A stretch of 64,000 nt of DNA from Verrucomicrobiia bacterium (GTDB lineage: Bacteria > Verrucomicrobiota > Verrucomicrobiia > Palsa-1439), in the NCBI GenBank assembly GCA_052146795.1, contig JBKQMH010000106.1:390-64389 (forward strand), written 5' to 3'. Below are positions 38,230 through 47,681 of this stretch, piece by piece. Below the pieces are notes generated by a model that ran no database searches, had not been told where the DNA came from, and was given only the letters and a program-made list of their open reading frames with translations. The first letter of the stretch is position 1. Every line of letters begins with the position of its first letter. Made by a program: the position numbers and the translations under genes.

Positions 38230-38534
38230 ATGTCTCCACCTTCTTTCTCTACCAATTAAGACGCGGCAACCCGCCAGAATGTTTCATAATTCTGCACCGA
38301 GCGAAACGACGTATCGATGGCCCGCCCGCGACACGGCAACGGCCAGAACCTCCTCTTCCCCGCCGGCCACGTCCAATGGCACGCCGGGCGTGTCGCCAGC
38401 GACATGTCCTTCCGTCACAACACCATAAGCGCATGGTGATCCAACCTCGCCGGCGCGCTATCTCGTTGACTTCCCGACGCCCGTGCCGCAACTTCCCTGT
38501 TGTCACGTTCGCACATCATTCGGGGGGCGATTCG

Positions 38535-39434
38535 ATGAGACCGTCGCTGCTGGCGATTGCTGTGTCCGTTACGTTTGTCAGTGCGCAATCCACGTTGCGC
38601 GCCGAGGACTACTTCACGCCAAATCTTCAGGTCGCCCTCGCGAGTGACAGCGCCACCAACACTTCCGTCGAACACCGCGACTTTCTCCTCCCCTATCACG
38701 AAGAACAGTGGCCCAACAAATACCTCGAGTGGCTCTGGAAGGACCCCGCCAATCTCTTCACCCGTCCCGCCTTCTGGGGCGGCTCCCAATGGGCTACCTT
38801 CGGTATCGAAGCGGGTATCACGGGCGCCCTGATGCCGGTCGATCGCTCCTACCGCGATTTCTCCGACGACATCCACAGTAAACCCCTCACCCACGTTCTC
38901 AAGCCCATCGACTTCGTTCTCGGCAATTACCCCGTCGCCCTCATCAGCGGTGGAATGTTCGCGGGCGGTCTCGGGCTCCACAACGAGAAACTCGCCGACT
39001 CGGGCTTCTTGTCCCTCGAATCCGTCGGCTACGCCACCCTCATTGATGTGGGAATCAAGGGCCTCACGGAACGCGAGCGCCCCCGTGATACCCACGATCC
39101 CTACCAATTTCTCGGACCCGGCGGCTCCGCCCATGGCAGTTCGTCGTTCGTCTCGGGCGATGCCATCGCCGCGTTCGCCTTCGCCTCCAGCGTCAGCGAG
39201 GTCTGGCAAACCCCGTGGATCACCTGGCCGTTGTATGCCCTCGCCACTGCCGTGGCCTTCCAACGCACCGAGGCCGATGCCCACTGGCTCAGCGACGTCG
39301 TTGGCGCCGCCTTCCTCGGCCACGCCATCGGCAAGACCATCGTCCACATGCATTATCGCCACGATATCGAAGGCCGGCTCATGCCCTACGTCGCCGACCA
39401 CGTCGTCGGCCTCCAACTTGCCTTCGAGTTCTGA
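38535..39434 (+). CDS. PAP2-family phosphatase, exported
   Basis: KGLTERERP, SSFVSGD, RTEADAHWLSDV; ends AFEF. Confidence 0.85.
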   Translation: MRPSLLAIAVSVTFVSAQSTLRAEDYFTPNLQVALASDSATNTSVEHRDFLLPYHEEQWPNKYLEWLWKDPANLFTRPAFWGGSQWATFGIEAGITGALMPVDRSYRDFSDDIHSKPLTHVLKPIDFVLGNYPVALISGGMFAGGLGLHNEKLADSGFLSLESVGYATLIDVGIKGLTERERPRDTHDPYQFLGPGGSAHGSSSFVSGDAIAAFAFASSVSEVWQTPWITWPLYALATAVAFQRTEADAHWLSDVVGAAFLGHAIGKTIVHMHYRHDIEGRLMPYVADHVVGLQLAFEF

Positions 39435-39487
39435 CCAATCAGTCGGACTCCGGTCTTCGGTCTTCTGTCTTCCCCTCTTGTGGCCTG

Positions 39488-39608
39488 AACTTGGCTTCGT
39501 TTTCATTCGACGCGTGTAAAGAATTCCGACACCCGACTTCTGTAAGTGGTTTATCACACGTCAATTGTAAAAATTCATCCCCCTCCGAAATTTGGGTTCG
39601 TTTGTAAT
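39488..39608 (-). repeat. Second copy of the AAACGAACCCAA...AAACGAAGCCAA repeat pair
   Basis: Minus strand reads ATTACAAACGAACCCAAATTT (39588-39608), then GAAAACGAAGCCAAGTT (39488-39504). Confidence 0.7.
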
Positions 39609-39736
39609 ATTTACTTTTTTTCTAGACCTTCTCTACCCACTACCGGTTGGGGTGATCCTGCCCCGGCGGTGCGCGGCCCTTCTCCCTCCCGTCTTCGGTC
39701 GACCTTTTCAAAGAACATCCCATCTACTACCGAAAC

Positions 39737-39766
39737 ATTGTATATCCTTTTACGATACCACGTCAA
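39737..39766 (-). promoter_or_regulatory. Orphan sigma70-like promoter facing the repeat pair
   Basis: TTGACG-18 nt-TACAAT on the minus strand; no convincing ORF downstream. Confidence 0.55.
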
Positions 39767-39817
39767 GCCCGATTCATTCTCCTGCCGTTCCCCATCGCCC
39801 CCCTCCGCCGCCCCCTC

Positions 39818-40360
39818 TCACTCGCTGCCGCGAAATTGATCCGCCTTGTTCTTGAACAGCACGTTGAACGTCGTCAGCGATCCGTACGACCGCGTGATAT
39901 ATTGCTGCATCTCCACTTTCTCGGCGTCGCTCAACTTTTCGTGGCTGTTGATCTTCTGCTCGAGCACGCGCAGGTTGTTCCGCAACATCACCACCTTGTG
40001 GAAAAACACGTCCAGCGGAATCTCCTTCGCCTGCAAACTCGCATCCGCCGGATGAAGCATCAATCGCCCGCCGTGCCACCGCGCACCGAGTTGTTCCACC
40101 ACTTCTCCCGGTGTTCCCACGCCCAATTCCGTTAACACCGCCCGCGTGGTCTTCTCAATGAATTGCGCCAGCGGCATGTCCTGGCCCCCCACCGAGACGC
40201 GTGCCTCCTCCGCCACCAGGTCGCTTGTCTCCGGCGCGACGGTCCGCATCCCATCGTCAAATCGAATGTCCGCCGTATTCTCGGTGATGGATTTGACCAC
40301 GCCCATCCCGTGCTGCGGATGTCTCACCTTCATCCCGACGTGCAATTCCGAGATTTTCAT
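39818..40360 (-). CDS. Conserved hypothetical protein with N-terminal SH3/Tudor-like domain
   Basis: [17 protein letters not shown]; [36 protein letters not shown]; ATGA-coupled to pgi. Confidence 0.75.
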   Translation of the reverse strand: MKISELHVGMKVRHPQHGMGVVKSITENTADIRFDDGMRTVAPETSDLVAEEARVSVGGQDMPLAQFIEKTTRAVLTELGVGTPGEVVEQLGARWHGGRLMLHPADASLQAKEIPLDVFFHKVVMLRNNLRVLEQKINSHEKLSDAEKVEMQQYITRSYGSLTTFNVLFKNKADQFRGSE

Positions 40361-42018
40361 GACTGGCCCGGCCAATCGTGCCCCTTGGTCTTGGAATGGC
40401 GGTACCGACGGATTAATGCGTTGGTCGAACTGTCGTGCTTGAGTGGCGGGTCGCCAATGCTCTGTAGCTCCGGCGTGATCTTCTTCGCCAATACCTTCCC
40501 CAACTCCACCCCCCATTGGTCAAACGAATCGATGTTCCAAATCGCGCCCTGCGTGAACACCACGTGCTCGTACAGCGCCACCAGTTTGCCGAGCGTTTCC
40601 GGGGTCAGTTGCGCCGCCAATATCGTGTTCGACGGCCGATTGCCCTCAAACACGCGGTGCGGCGCCAGCCAATCCGCCGTGCCTTCCGCCTTCACTTCCT
40701 CCGCCGTCTTGCCAAACGCCAGCGCCTCACTCTGTGCGAACAGGTTCGACATCAGCAATTCGTGGTGTTCGCCCGCCGGGTTCAGCGGATAGCAGAACCC
40801 GATGAAGTCGCACGGAATCAGTTTCGTCCCCTGATGGATGAACTGGTAGAACGAATGCTGGCCGTTGGTGCCGGGCTCGCCCCAGAAAATCGGCCCCGTC
40901 TGGTAATCCACCCGCGTTCCGCCCAGCGTGATGTACTTGCCGTTGCTCTCCATCGTCAATTGTTGCAGGTACGCCGGGAACCGCTTCAGATACTGGTCGT
41001 ATGGCAGCACGGCCGCCGTCTGCGCCCCAAAAAAATTGTTGTACCAGACGCCGAGCAGCCCCATCAGCACGGGTAGGTTCTTGTCGAACGGCGTCGTGCG
41101 AAAGTGTTCGTCCATCGCGTGGAACCCGGCCAGCATCGACCGAAAATTCTGCGGTCCGATGGCGATCATCGTCGCCAATCCGATCGCCGAATCCATCGAG
41201 TACCGTCCGCCCACCCAGTCCCAAAAGCCGAACATGTTCGCCGGATCGATCCCGAACTTCGCCGCTTCGTGCACGTTGGTCGAAACGGCCACGAAATGGT
41301 CGGCCACCGCCCGCCGGTTGCGCAATTGGTCCACCACCCATTGTTTGGCGCTCTGCGCATTGGTCATCGTCTCCTGCGTCGTGAACGTCTTGGACGACAC
41401 AATAAACAGCGTCTCCTCGGGGTTGAGGTCGCGCGTCGCCTCGGCAAAGTCGGTTCCGTCCACGTTCGACACGAAACGAAACGTCAACTCGCGCATGCTG
41501 TAATGGCGCAACGCCTCGTATGCCATCACCGGACCGAGGTCCGAGCCGCCGATGCCGATATTGATGACATTGCGGATTCGTTTGCCCGTATACCCCTTCC
41601 ACGCCCCGTTGCGCACGTGGTCGGCAAACTCGGCCATCTTATCCAGAACGGTATGCACTTTCGGAACGACGTTCTCGCCGTCCAGGATGATCGACTGGCC
41701 GCGCGGCGCCCGCAGGGCCACATGCAGGACCGCCCGGTCTTCGGTGATGTTGATCTTTTCGCCCTGGAACATCGCGTCGATCCGCCCGCGCAGGTTGCAC
41801 TCCTCGGTGAGCTTCAACAACAGCTGGATGGTCTCGTCGGTGACGCGGTTCTTCGAGTAATCCAGGTACAGCCCCACGCCCTCGGCGGTCAGTCGCTCGC
41901 CGCGCTTGGGGTCATCCGCGAACAGTTTCCGCAGATGCATGTCTTTGACGCTTTGGTAGTGCGCTTCGAGCGCCTTCCATGCGGGACGCTGTGTCAGGGA
42001 CGTTTTGTTCATGGTCAT
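40357..42018 (-). CDS. pgi: Glucose-6-phosphate isomerase
   Basis: [45 protein letters not shown]. Confidence 0.97.
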   Translation of the reverse strand: MTMNKTSLTQRPAWKALEAHYQSVKDMHLRKLFADDPKRGERLTAEGVGLYLDYSKNRVTDETIQLLLKLTEECNLRGRIDAMFQGEKINITEDRAVLHVALRAPRGQSIILDGENVVPKVHTVLDKMAEFADHVRNGAWKGYTGKRIRNVINIGIGGSDLGPVMAYEALRHYSMRELTFRFVSNVDGTDFAEATRDLNPEETLFIVSSKTFTTQETMTNAQSAKQWVVDQLRNRRAVADHFVAVSTNVHEAAKFGIDPANMFGFWDWVGGRYSMDSAIGLATMIAIGPQNFRSMLAGFHAMDEHFRTTPFDKNLPVLMGLLGVWYNNFFGAQTAAVLPYDQYLKRFPAYLQQLTMESNGKYITLGGTRVDYQTGPIFWGEPGTNGQHSFYQFIHQGTKLIPCDFIGFCYPLNPAGEHHELLMSNLFAQSEALAFGKTAEEVKAEGTADWLAPHRVFEGNRPSNTILAAQLTPETLGKLVALYEHVVFTQGAIWNIDSFDQWGVELGKVLAKKITPELQSIGDPPLKHDSSTNALIRRYRHSKTKGHDWPGQS

Positions 42019-42245
42019 ATCGACTGCGGCCGGCTCTCAGGCTGTTCCATCCGCAGATTCAGTATAGCACTCCCTCCCCGTTTTTCTCAACTCCCCTTTC
42101 GGCAGTGGGCTGGTTTGAAGATTTTGGGGTTAAATGGCGGGGCCAGCAGGTATCGAGCTTTTGTCGATGAAGCTGGCCATCCAAAGGCCAGAGGGTGCCA
42201 TGCGTGTTCGTTCAAGGATGGCCCAGAAACGCGTTACGTCACGGT

Positions 42246-42603
42246 CTTGGAGCTTCCACCTGTCGGCCAAGCCATCGATTACGCATTGAAGCGCTGGGAG
42301 GCGTTGACGCGGTTCGTGGACGACGGGGCTTTGGAGATCGGCAACAACTTGATCGAAAATGCGATTCGGCCCAGTGCCCTTGGAAAAAAGAACCGGTTGT
42401 TTGTTGGACAGCCGGAGGCGGGAGAACGCGGCGCGGTGATCTATACCCTGCTGGGCAGTTGTCGGCGGCATGGGATCAATCCATTCGATTATTTGAAGGA
42501 TTTGTTCTCGCGCCTGCCAGCGGCCAAGATCACGGAGATCAAGCGGTTCACGCCCTCGCAGTGGGCCAAGTCATGTCAGGCTCAATCGGCGCAAGCCGCG
42601 TAA
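42246..42603 (+). mobile_element. IS66-family transposase (TnpC) C-terminal relic
   Basis: AIDYALKRWEALTRF..DG.LEIGNNLIENAIRP.ALGKKN.LF.G...GERGAVIYTLLGSCRRHGINP..YL; degenerate GNN and NRLF; no start. Confidence 0.85.
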
Positions 42604-42784
42604 CGTGTTTGATTCAGAACAGCCGGACTTCAGATCGAGCACCCACTGGCTGCTTATCAACCGGCTATCGACTGAGAGCCTGCGAAAACAGGGCCGCAGT
42701 CGGGGATGGTTCACCAAGTCGTAAACGTGGCTTCCGTTGTTCGGTTGCCGTTTCATCCCTGCGACTATGAACCCGAATTTGTGG

Positions 42785-45571
42785 TCACTGCCTGAGGTCG
42801 ATGCGATAGAAGCGTGACGGTGCGTTTGTGGCGGCACCAGAGTCCGTATAGTTTGTGACTCCGAAACCGGACATGACGATCGTTGCGAGGTCGAAGAAGT
42901 TGCTGGAATAGCTGCCATCAAGTGCTTGAACGATGTTGGTTCCGGGGTTTCCGTTCCATGCAAGGATCACGTTCTTGCCAGTAAGTGTGATCGAGGTGAT
43001 TGCGAACGGCTGGAGCGAGACGCCAATGCGGTAGAATTTGTTCAGCTGCGTCGCATTCAGATCGGTAATAGTGGCTTGGGCGCCGTTGATCAGCGGGCCG
43101 GCGCAATCCGTAAGCGGCAGCCAGACGCCACTCACCAAATCTGTACAGAACTGCGGGGTGTAGACGCGGCCGGCAAGGACCGGGGTGAACTGGAAGCTGA
43201 ACTGTCCCGGTAGATTCTGGACGCTGGCGGGTTGGATGACAAATATGGACGTGGGATTGGTTGGGTTCAGCCCGGCGGTGTATTTGAAAAGGTTGTTTTG
43301 GCCGGTGCCGTCGGCATCGACGTTCATGAGCGACTGCACGCAATTAGTGCAGTTGAAATACTGCGAGAGCCACGCCTGAAACTGTGACGCCTCGGTGGGG
43401 CTCAAGATGGTGATGTAGCTGGCCCACGTGGCGGTGCTGGATCCACCGAGGCCGCTGACGATCTCCATCACAGTGTAATTGCCCGCAGCGGCGTAGGTGT
43501 GTTGCATACCGGGTGTCGTGGCGTTGGTGGTGGCGCCGTCGCCGAAACTCCAGAACCAGTTGGTGATGTTGCCGGTCGATGCGTCAACAAAAGTCACGGT
43601 CAGCGGAGCCACGCCGCGGACCGGGGCAGCGGAGAACCTGGCCAACGGCGGCGGCAGCAGCACGGTGATGTAGTTGGCCCTCGTGGCGGCGCTGGTGCTG
43701 ACCCCGCCGTAACCACTGACAACCAGCGTTACCGTGTAGGTGCCGGCGGCGTAGGTGTGGGTCACGCCGGTGGCGGTGACGTTGGTCGCGCTGCCGTCCC
43801 CAAAGATCCAGTGCCGATTGGTGATGCCGCCGGTCGAGGTGTCGGTGAAGGTCACGGTCAGCGGGACCACGCCGTTCGTCGGTGAAGCCGTGAAACTGGC
43901 CGTGGGAGGCGGCGGCGGCAAAGTCGAAGTCTCGATGATCCGTGCACCCGCCCAGTCTGCATGATCATTGGTATTCCCCGGCACGCCATTCGATATAATC
44001 AAGTCCAACTGGGACGCGCCACTGATGTCCAAGTCTATCGTCTTGGTTGGCATGCCGCTGGTCATTGTCCCGATGTCGTAAATGCATATCCCGTCAACTG
44101 CGACCTGGAAAACGACAACGCCGCCGTTTGCCTCGTCGTCCAAACCGATGTCGGACTGAAACATCGCGGATACACCCCCGATGTTGTATCTTATGTCGGA
44201 GTAGGCATGACATCCCAGACCCTTGGTGTAAGTTACTCCGTTTATCGTAATCGTAGTCCCATCGCCACCGTCGCATTCGCCGTTGCTCATGTCTCTTTGT
44301 GCATTGCCGAAACCGTTCGTTTGGTAGATCCAGTAGAGGTCGCTTACGTAATTCGTGCCGATGCGCAGTGGCCATAGCGGCGGTGATGGGCGGGACATTG
44401 GCGTGCCGATGATCTTCAGCAGGGCGACTCCGTGCGAGGGAACATTGGTTGAAAAACTGTCGGTAAATGTTCCGACATTGGTGTGTGCCCACAAGTCGCG
44501 CACCGTGGCGTTGCCGGGTTGGAGCGAAATGTCGCTCCAGTTCGCCGTCATGTTGGTACTGACTGCGCTCCTGTTGAAAAGGGCTACCGCCTTGGTTGTC
44601 CCATCCGTACCGACGGGCTTACACCATACTTCCACAGTTCCACCCGTACTGAGAATTGAAGAGACGCGGACGCCCTGCACTCCGTTCGAGTCCTGATCTA
44701 TCGCAATCGCTTCCGCATTGGTCAATATGTTCAGCGTCGTTTGCGATATGCTCCGCAGGTCAGTGCTGACAATCAGCGGCGCCGCCACGATACACCACAT
44801 TGCAAACTGGGACTGGTCCTCCGTGGCCGACATGCTGTCGTTGACATTACCGGCGCTCAACATATCCGGGTCGTTCCAATTGCCGGGGCCGGCGGCGGCG
44901 TACCAAGGGTTGTTCGCATCGAGGTTGCCGATCAGCGTCGACCATGTATTTTGGGAATCGGTGGTTGTACGCCACTGGTTAGCATAGGTCGGCAGCCATG
45001 GGTAGAATACGCAGGTACAAGCATTAAGCACTATTGGTCGTCCACAACCCAACAATGCGTTGCCCATCGCGACGTAATACGGTTCCGTGACACTCGAACC
45101 GTCTATGCAGTACCCGGCAGAATCATCCTTCAGGTAGTCAACTCCCCAAGACGCGAACGTGTTGGCATCGGTGACTTCGTTGCTAAGTGAGCATAATGAG
45201 AATTCATTTGTGTACGAGCCGATACATCTGTAGATACCGAACTTTAATCCATCAGCATGAACATAGTTCGCCAATGATTGTATGCCATCGGGAAAGTTGT
45301 TTGTGTTCACAACGAGAACGCCGTTTGACCGGTAGCCCCAACAGTCGTCCAGGTTGATATACTGATAGCCAGCGGCCTTCATGCCGTTGGTCGCCATCGC
45401 GTCCGCGTTCTGCTTGACGATGGTTTCGTTAACGCCACAATAAAACGCAAGCCAGCCGTTCCAACCCATCGGCGGGGTGAGCGCCAAACCGTTCGTCAAT
45501 GCGGAGGCAGTGAAGTTTGGAACGAGTGCCCACAAAAGAAACACACAGCCCTGAAAAGTACGATGCCCCAT
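42785..45571 (-). CDS. Secreted GH27 alpha-galactosidase with NPCBM, two PKD domains and tandem C-terminal domains
   Basis: LALTPPMGWN, LDDCW, YLKDD, WRTTTD, NDPDML; NPCBM YTKGLGCHA; PKD GVVPLTVTFTDTS...WIFGDG. Confidence 0.9.
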   Translation of the reverse strand: MGHRTFQGCVFLLWALVPNFTASALTNGLALTPPMGWNGWLAFYCGVNETIVKQNADAMATNGMKAAGYQYINLDDCWGYRSNGVLVVNTNNFPDGIQSLANYVHADGLKFGIYRCIGSYTNEFSLCSLSNEVTDANTFASWGVDYLKDDSAGYCIDGSSVTEPYYVAMGNALLGCGRPIVLNACTCVFYPWLPTYANQWRTTTDSQNTWSTLIGNLDANNPWYAAAGPGNWNDPDMLSAGNVNDSMSATEDQSQFAMWCIVAAPLIVSTDLRSISQTTLNILTNAEAIAIDQDSNGVQGVRVSSILSTGGTVEVWCKPVGTDGTTKAVALFNRSAVSTNMTANWSDISLQPGNATVRDLWAHTNVGTFTDSFSTNVPSHGVALLKIIGTPMSRPSPPLWPLRIGTNYVSDLYWIYQTNGFGNAQRDMSNGECDGGDGTTITINGVTYTKGLGCHAYSDIRYNIGGVSAMFQSDIGLDDEANGGVVVFQVAVDGICIYDIGTMTSGMPTKTIDLDISGASQLDLIISNGVPGNTNDHADWAGARIIETSTLPPPPPTASFTASPTNGVVPLTVTFTDTSTGGITNRHWIFGDGSATNVTATGVTHTYAAGTYTVTLVVSGYGGVSTSAATRANYITVLLPPPLARFSAAPVRGVAPLTVTFVDASTGNITNWFWSFGDGATTNATTPGMQHTYAAAGNYTVMEIVSGLGGSSTATWASYITILSPTEASQFQAWLSQYFNCTNCVQSLMNVDADGTGQNNLFKYTAGLNPTNPTSIFVIQPASVQNLPGQFSFQFTPVLAGRVYTPQFCTDLVSGVWLPLTDCAGPLINGAQATITDLNATQLNKFYRIGVSLQPFAITSITLTGKNVILAWNGNPGTNIVQALDGSYSSNFFDLATIVMSGFGVTNYTDSGAATNAPSRFYRIDLRQ

Positions 45572-45930
45572 AGCGGAAACAGTTGTTGACCGACATTTCC
45601 CATATGACATACGCCCCGCAACCATCGCGGGCCGTTCAGATCGGATTCCGTGCTTGCCGCGTCCGGCTGGAAACCCACTAAACTCGCACTGCAATTAAAG
45701 CACAAAGGCTCGCGGTTGTCTATCGTGGAAACCACTAAATTCCGTTGTCTTGTAAAATCCTACCCGCAGGTGGGGGTCAGACTGGGCTGCCTAACCTTAA
45801 GCCGTACGCTCAGGAACTGATCTCAACATACGTGCCGCGTCAGCCGGATACGTCCGGCCGGATATGCCTTGTCGCATTCCTCGTGGTTTTAAGCGCGGTA
45901 TGGTGCCGTGATCTGCCACGTTAAGGATTT

Positions 45931-46385
45931 TCAAATTAAGGCACTACCGGTAAGGGAAGTAAGGAATTGCCGAGCTTTATGAAAGAATCTCAATCCGAAT
46001 CCAATAGTACTGTTGAGTCAGTGATGCCGCGCCAACGTCAGTATAGCTCCACGTTGCGGTTCCCCCGGTGCCGAGGATTGGATTGCCTGCATTAAACCAA
46101 CCGTTTGAGGATGGCAGCGACGGCGAGTCGCTGTAGAGGAGTTGCCCCTGATATCCCCAGCCTGGCACAGTAAGAAAGCTAGTGCTGAGAACGACATTTG
46201 TACCCACCACTTGGATCGAAGGTGTCGTCGGATTGGTAAACACTTCTTGGGCCAACACGATGCCAACCCCGATAAGCACCAGCAAGACGAACACCACTAT
46301 CCGTGTGGGTTTCATACACAACTACCCCTGCACAGCGAAGTATAGAAGGCGAATCAGAATCGGCAAGTCAAATTAAGGCACTACC
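45931..46385. repeat. Perfect 18-bp direct repeat TCAAATTAAGGCACTACC (45931-45948 and 46368-46385)
   Basis: Exact match read directly; flanking bases differ on both sides. Confidence 0.9.
45977..46315 (-). CDS. Small secreted protein: signal peptide plus stand-alone putative sorting domain
   Basis: MKPTRIVVFVLLVLIGVGIVLA; ends WSYTDVGAASLTQQYYWIRIEILS; upstream TTGCCG-16-TATACT. Confidence 0.7.
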   Translation of the reverse strand: MKPTRIVVFVLLVLIGVGIVLAQEVFTNPTTPSIQVVGTNVVLSTSFLTVPGWGYQGQLLYSDSPSLPSSNGWFNAGNPILGTGGTATWSYTDVGAASLTQQYYWIRIEILS

Positions 46386-46451
46386 CCCCGTTCTCACGCC
46401 TTGCACACGGCCCGTAATCACGTTATTCTGACGCCGGTCGCCCGAATCGCC

Positions 46452-47153
46452 ATGAAATCGTCCCGCACCCGCAACGCCCCGTCGAACAAGGTTGTGTTCC
46501 TATTCGATGTCGACAATACGCTCCTCGACAACGACCGCGTGATCGCCGATCTCCGCAAACACCTGCATCGCGAGGTCGGACCTCAACGCGCCCGGCAGTA
46601 CTGGTGTATTTTTGAGGCGTTGCGCTCGACGCTCGGGTACGCCGACTACCTTGGCGCCCTGCAGCGCTACCGCGCCGAATACCCGCGCGATCTGCGCCTC
46701 CTGATCGTGTCGCGTTTCTTGATCGACTACCCGTTCGCCAACCGGCTGTTCCCGAACTCGCTCGATGTCGTTGATCGCGTCAAGAAATGGGGGCTGCCGG
46801 TCATCCTCTCCGATGGCGATGTGGTGTTCCAGCCGCTCAAGGTCGATCGCTCGGGACTGTTCGACGCCGTCGATGGCAACGTCCTCATTTACGTGCACAA
46901 GGAGAACGAACTCGACGACGTCAAAAAGCGGTTCCCCGCCCGCCATTACGTCCTCATCGACGACAAACTTCGCATCCTGACCGCCGTGAAGAAACGCTGG
47001 CGCGACCGCGTCACGACCGTCTTCATCCGCCAGGGCCACTACGCCTTCGACCCCAAAGTCCTCGCCACCTACCCTCCCGCCGATGTCCAAATCGACCACA
47101 TCGGCGACCTCTTGCGCGCCGACGTTTCGAAATGGTATCATGGGTGTCCATGA
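46452..47153 (+). CDS. HAD-superfamily hydrolase
   Basis: FLFDVDNTL, ILSDGD, LIDDK motifs. Confidence 0.85.
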   Translation: MKSSRTRNAPSNKVVFLFDVDNTLLDNDRVIADLRKHLHREVGPQRARQYWCIFEALRSTLGYADYLGALQRYRAEYPRDLRLLIVSRFLIDYPFANRLFPNSLDVVDRVKKWGLPVILSDGDVVFQPLKVDRSGLFDAVDGNVLIYVHKENELDDVKKRFPARHYVLIDDKLRILTAVKKRWRDRVTTVFIRQGHYAFDPKVLATYPPADVQIDHIGDLLRADVSKWYHGCP

Positions 47154-47614
47154 GTTCTCAACCGACACTACCGGTAAGCATTGCGCACCCAGGCCAGGGC
47201 CGCGTCGTCCACGCGTTTGGCGAAGAAGCCATCTTCCACCTGACCGGCGAGCAAACCGGCGGAAAACTCACGGTGTGGACAAACATCACTCCGCCCGGTG
47301 GTGGTCCGCCGCCGCACTACCACCTCAACGAAGACGAGTGGTTGCTGGTACAGGAAGGTCGCGTCAGTTTCTTCGATGGCAAAGATTGGCACGAAGTTGC
47401 AACCGGTGGCGGCGTGTTCGCGCCAAAATCGACCGTCCACACCTTCAAGAACGTCGGCGACACGCCCTGCCGCATGCTCGTCATGACTTGGCCGTCAGGC
47501 TTCGAGAAGTTCTTCGCCCGCTGTGCCGAAGAATTCGCCAAGGCCGGCGGCCCGGACATGGAGCGCATCGGCCAAATCGCCGGCGAGCACGGCATTCACT
47601 TTGTCCAGCCGTGA
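47150..47614 (+). CDS. Cupin domain protein
   Basis: GGPPPHYHLNEDEWLLVQEG, PKSTVHTFKN. Confidence 0.88.
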   Translation: MSSQPTLPVSIAHPGQGRVVHAFGEEAIFHLTGEQTGGKLTVWTNITPPGGGPPPHYHLNEDEWLLVQEGRVSFFDGKDWHEVATGGGVFAPKSTVHTFKNVGDTPCRMLVMTWPSGFEKFFARCAEEFAKAGGPDMERIGQIAGEHGIHFVQP

Positions 47615-47681
47615 TGCGTTCCCGCTGCATGTGTTTTCGCTCGGCAACGCTGCAGTCGTCGGGCATCCTTCGCGCCAGCCC

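Noticed and set aside
41104-42245. 499-aa ORF appearing to extend the IS66 transposase
   Set aside because: Upstream part is the antisense of pgi; only 42246-42603 resembles TnpC.
42640-42800. IS66 right terminal repeat, or a third copy of the 18-bp repeat (GAATTTGTGGTCACTGCC at ~42775)
   Set aside because: Too many mismatches to support by eye.
47166-47178. CACTACCGGTAAG shared with 45942-45954
   Set aside because: Lies inside the cupin coding sequence and only partly overlaps the repeat; probably chance.
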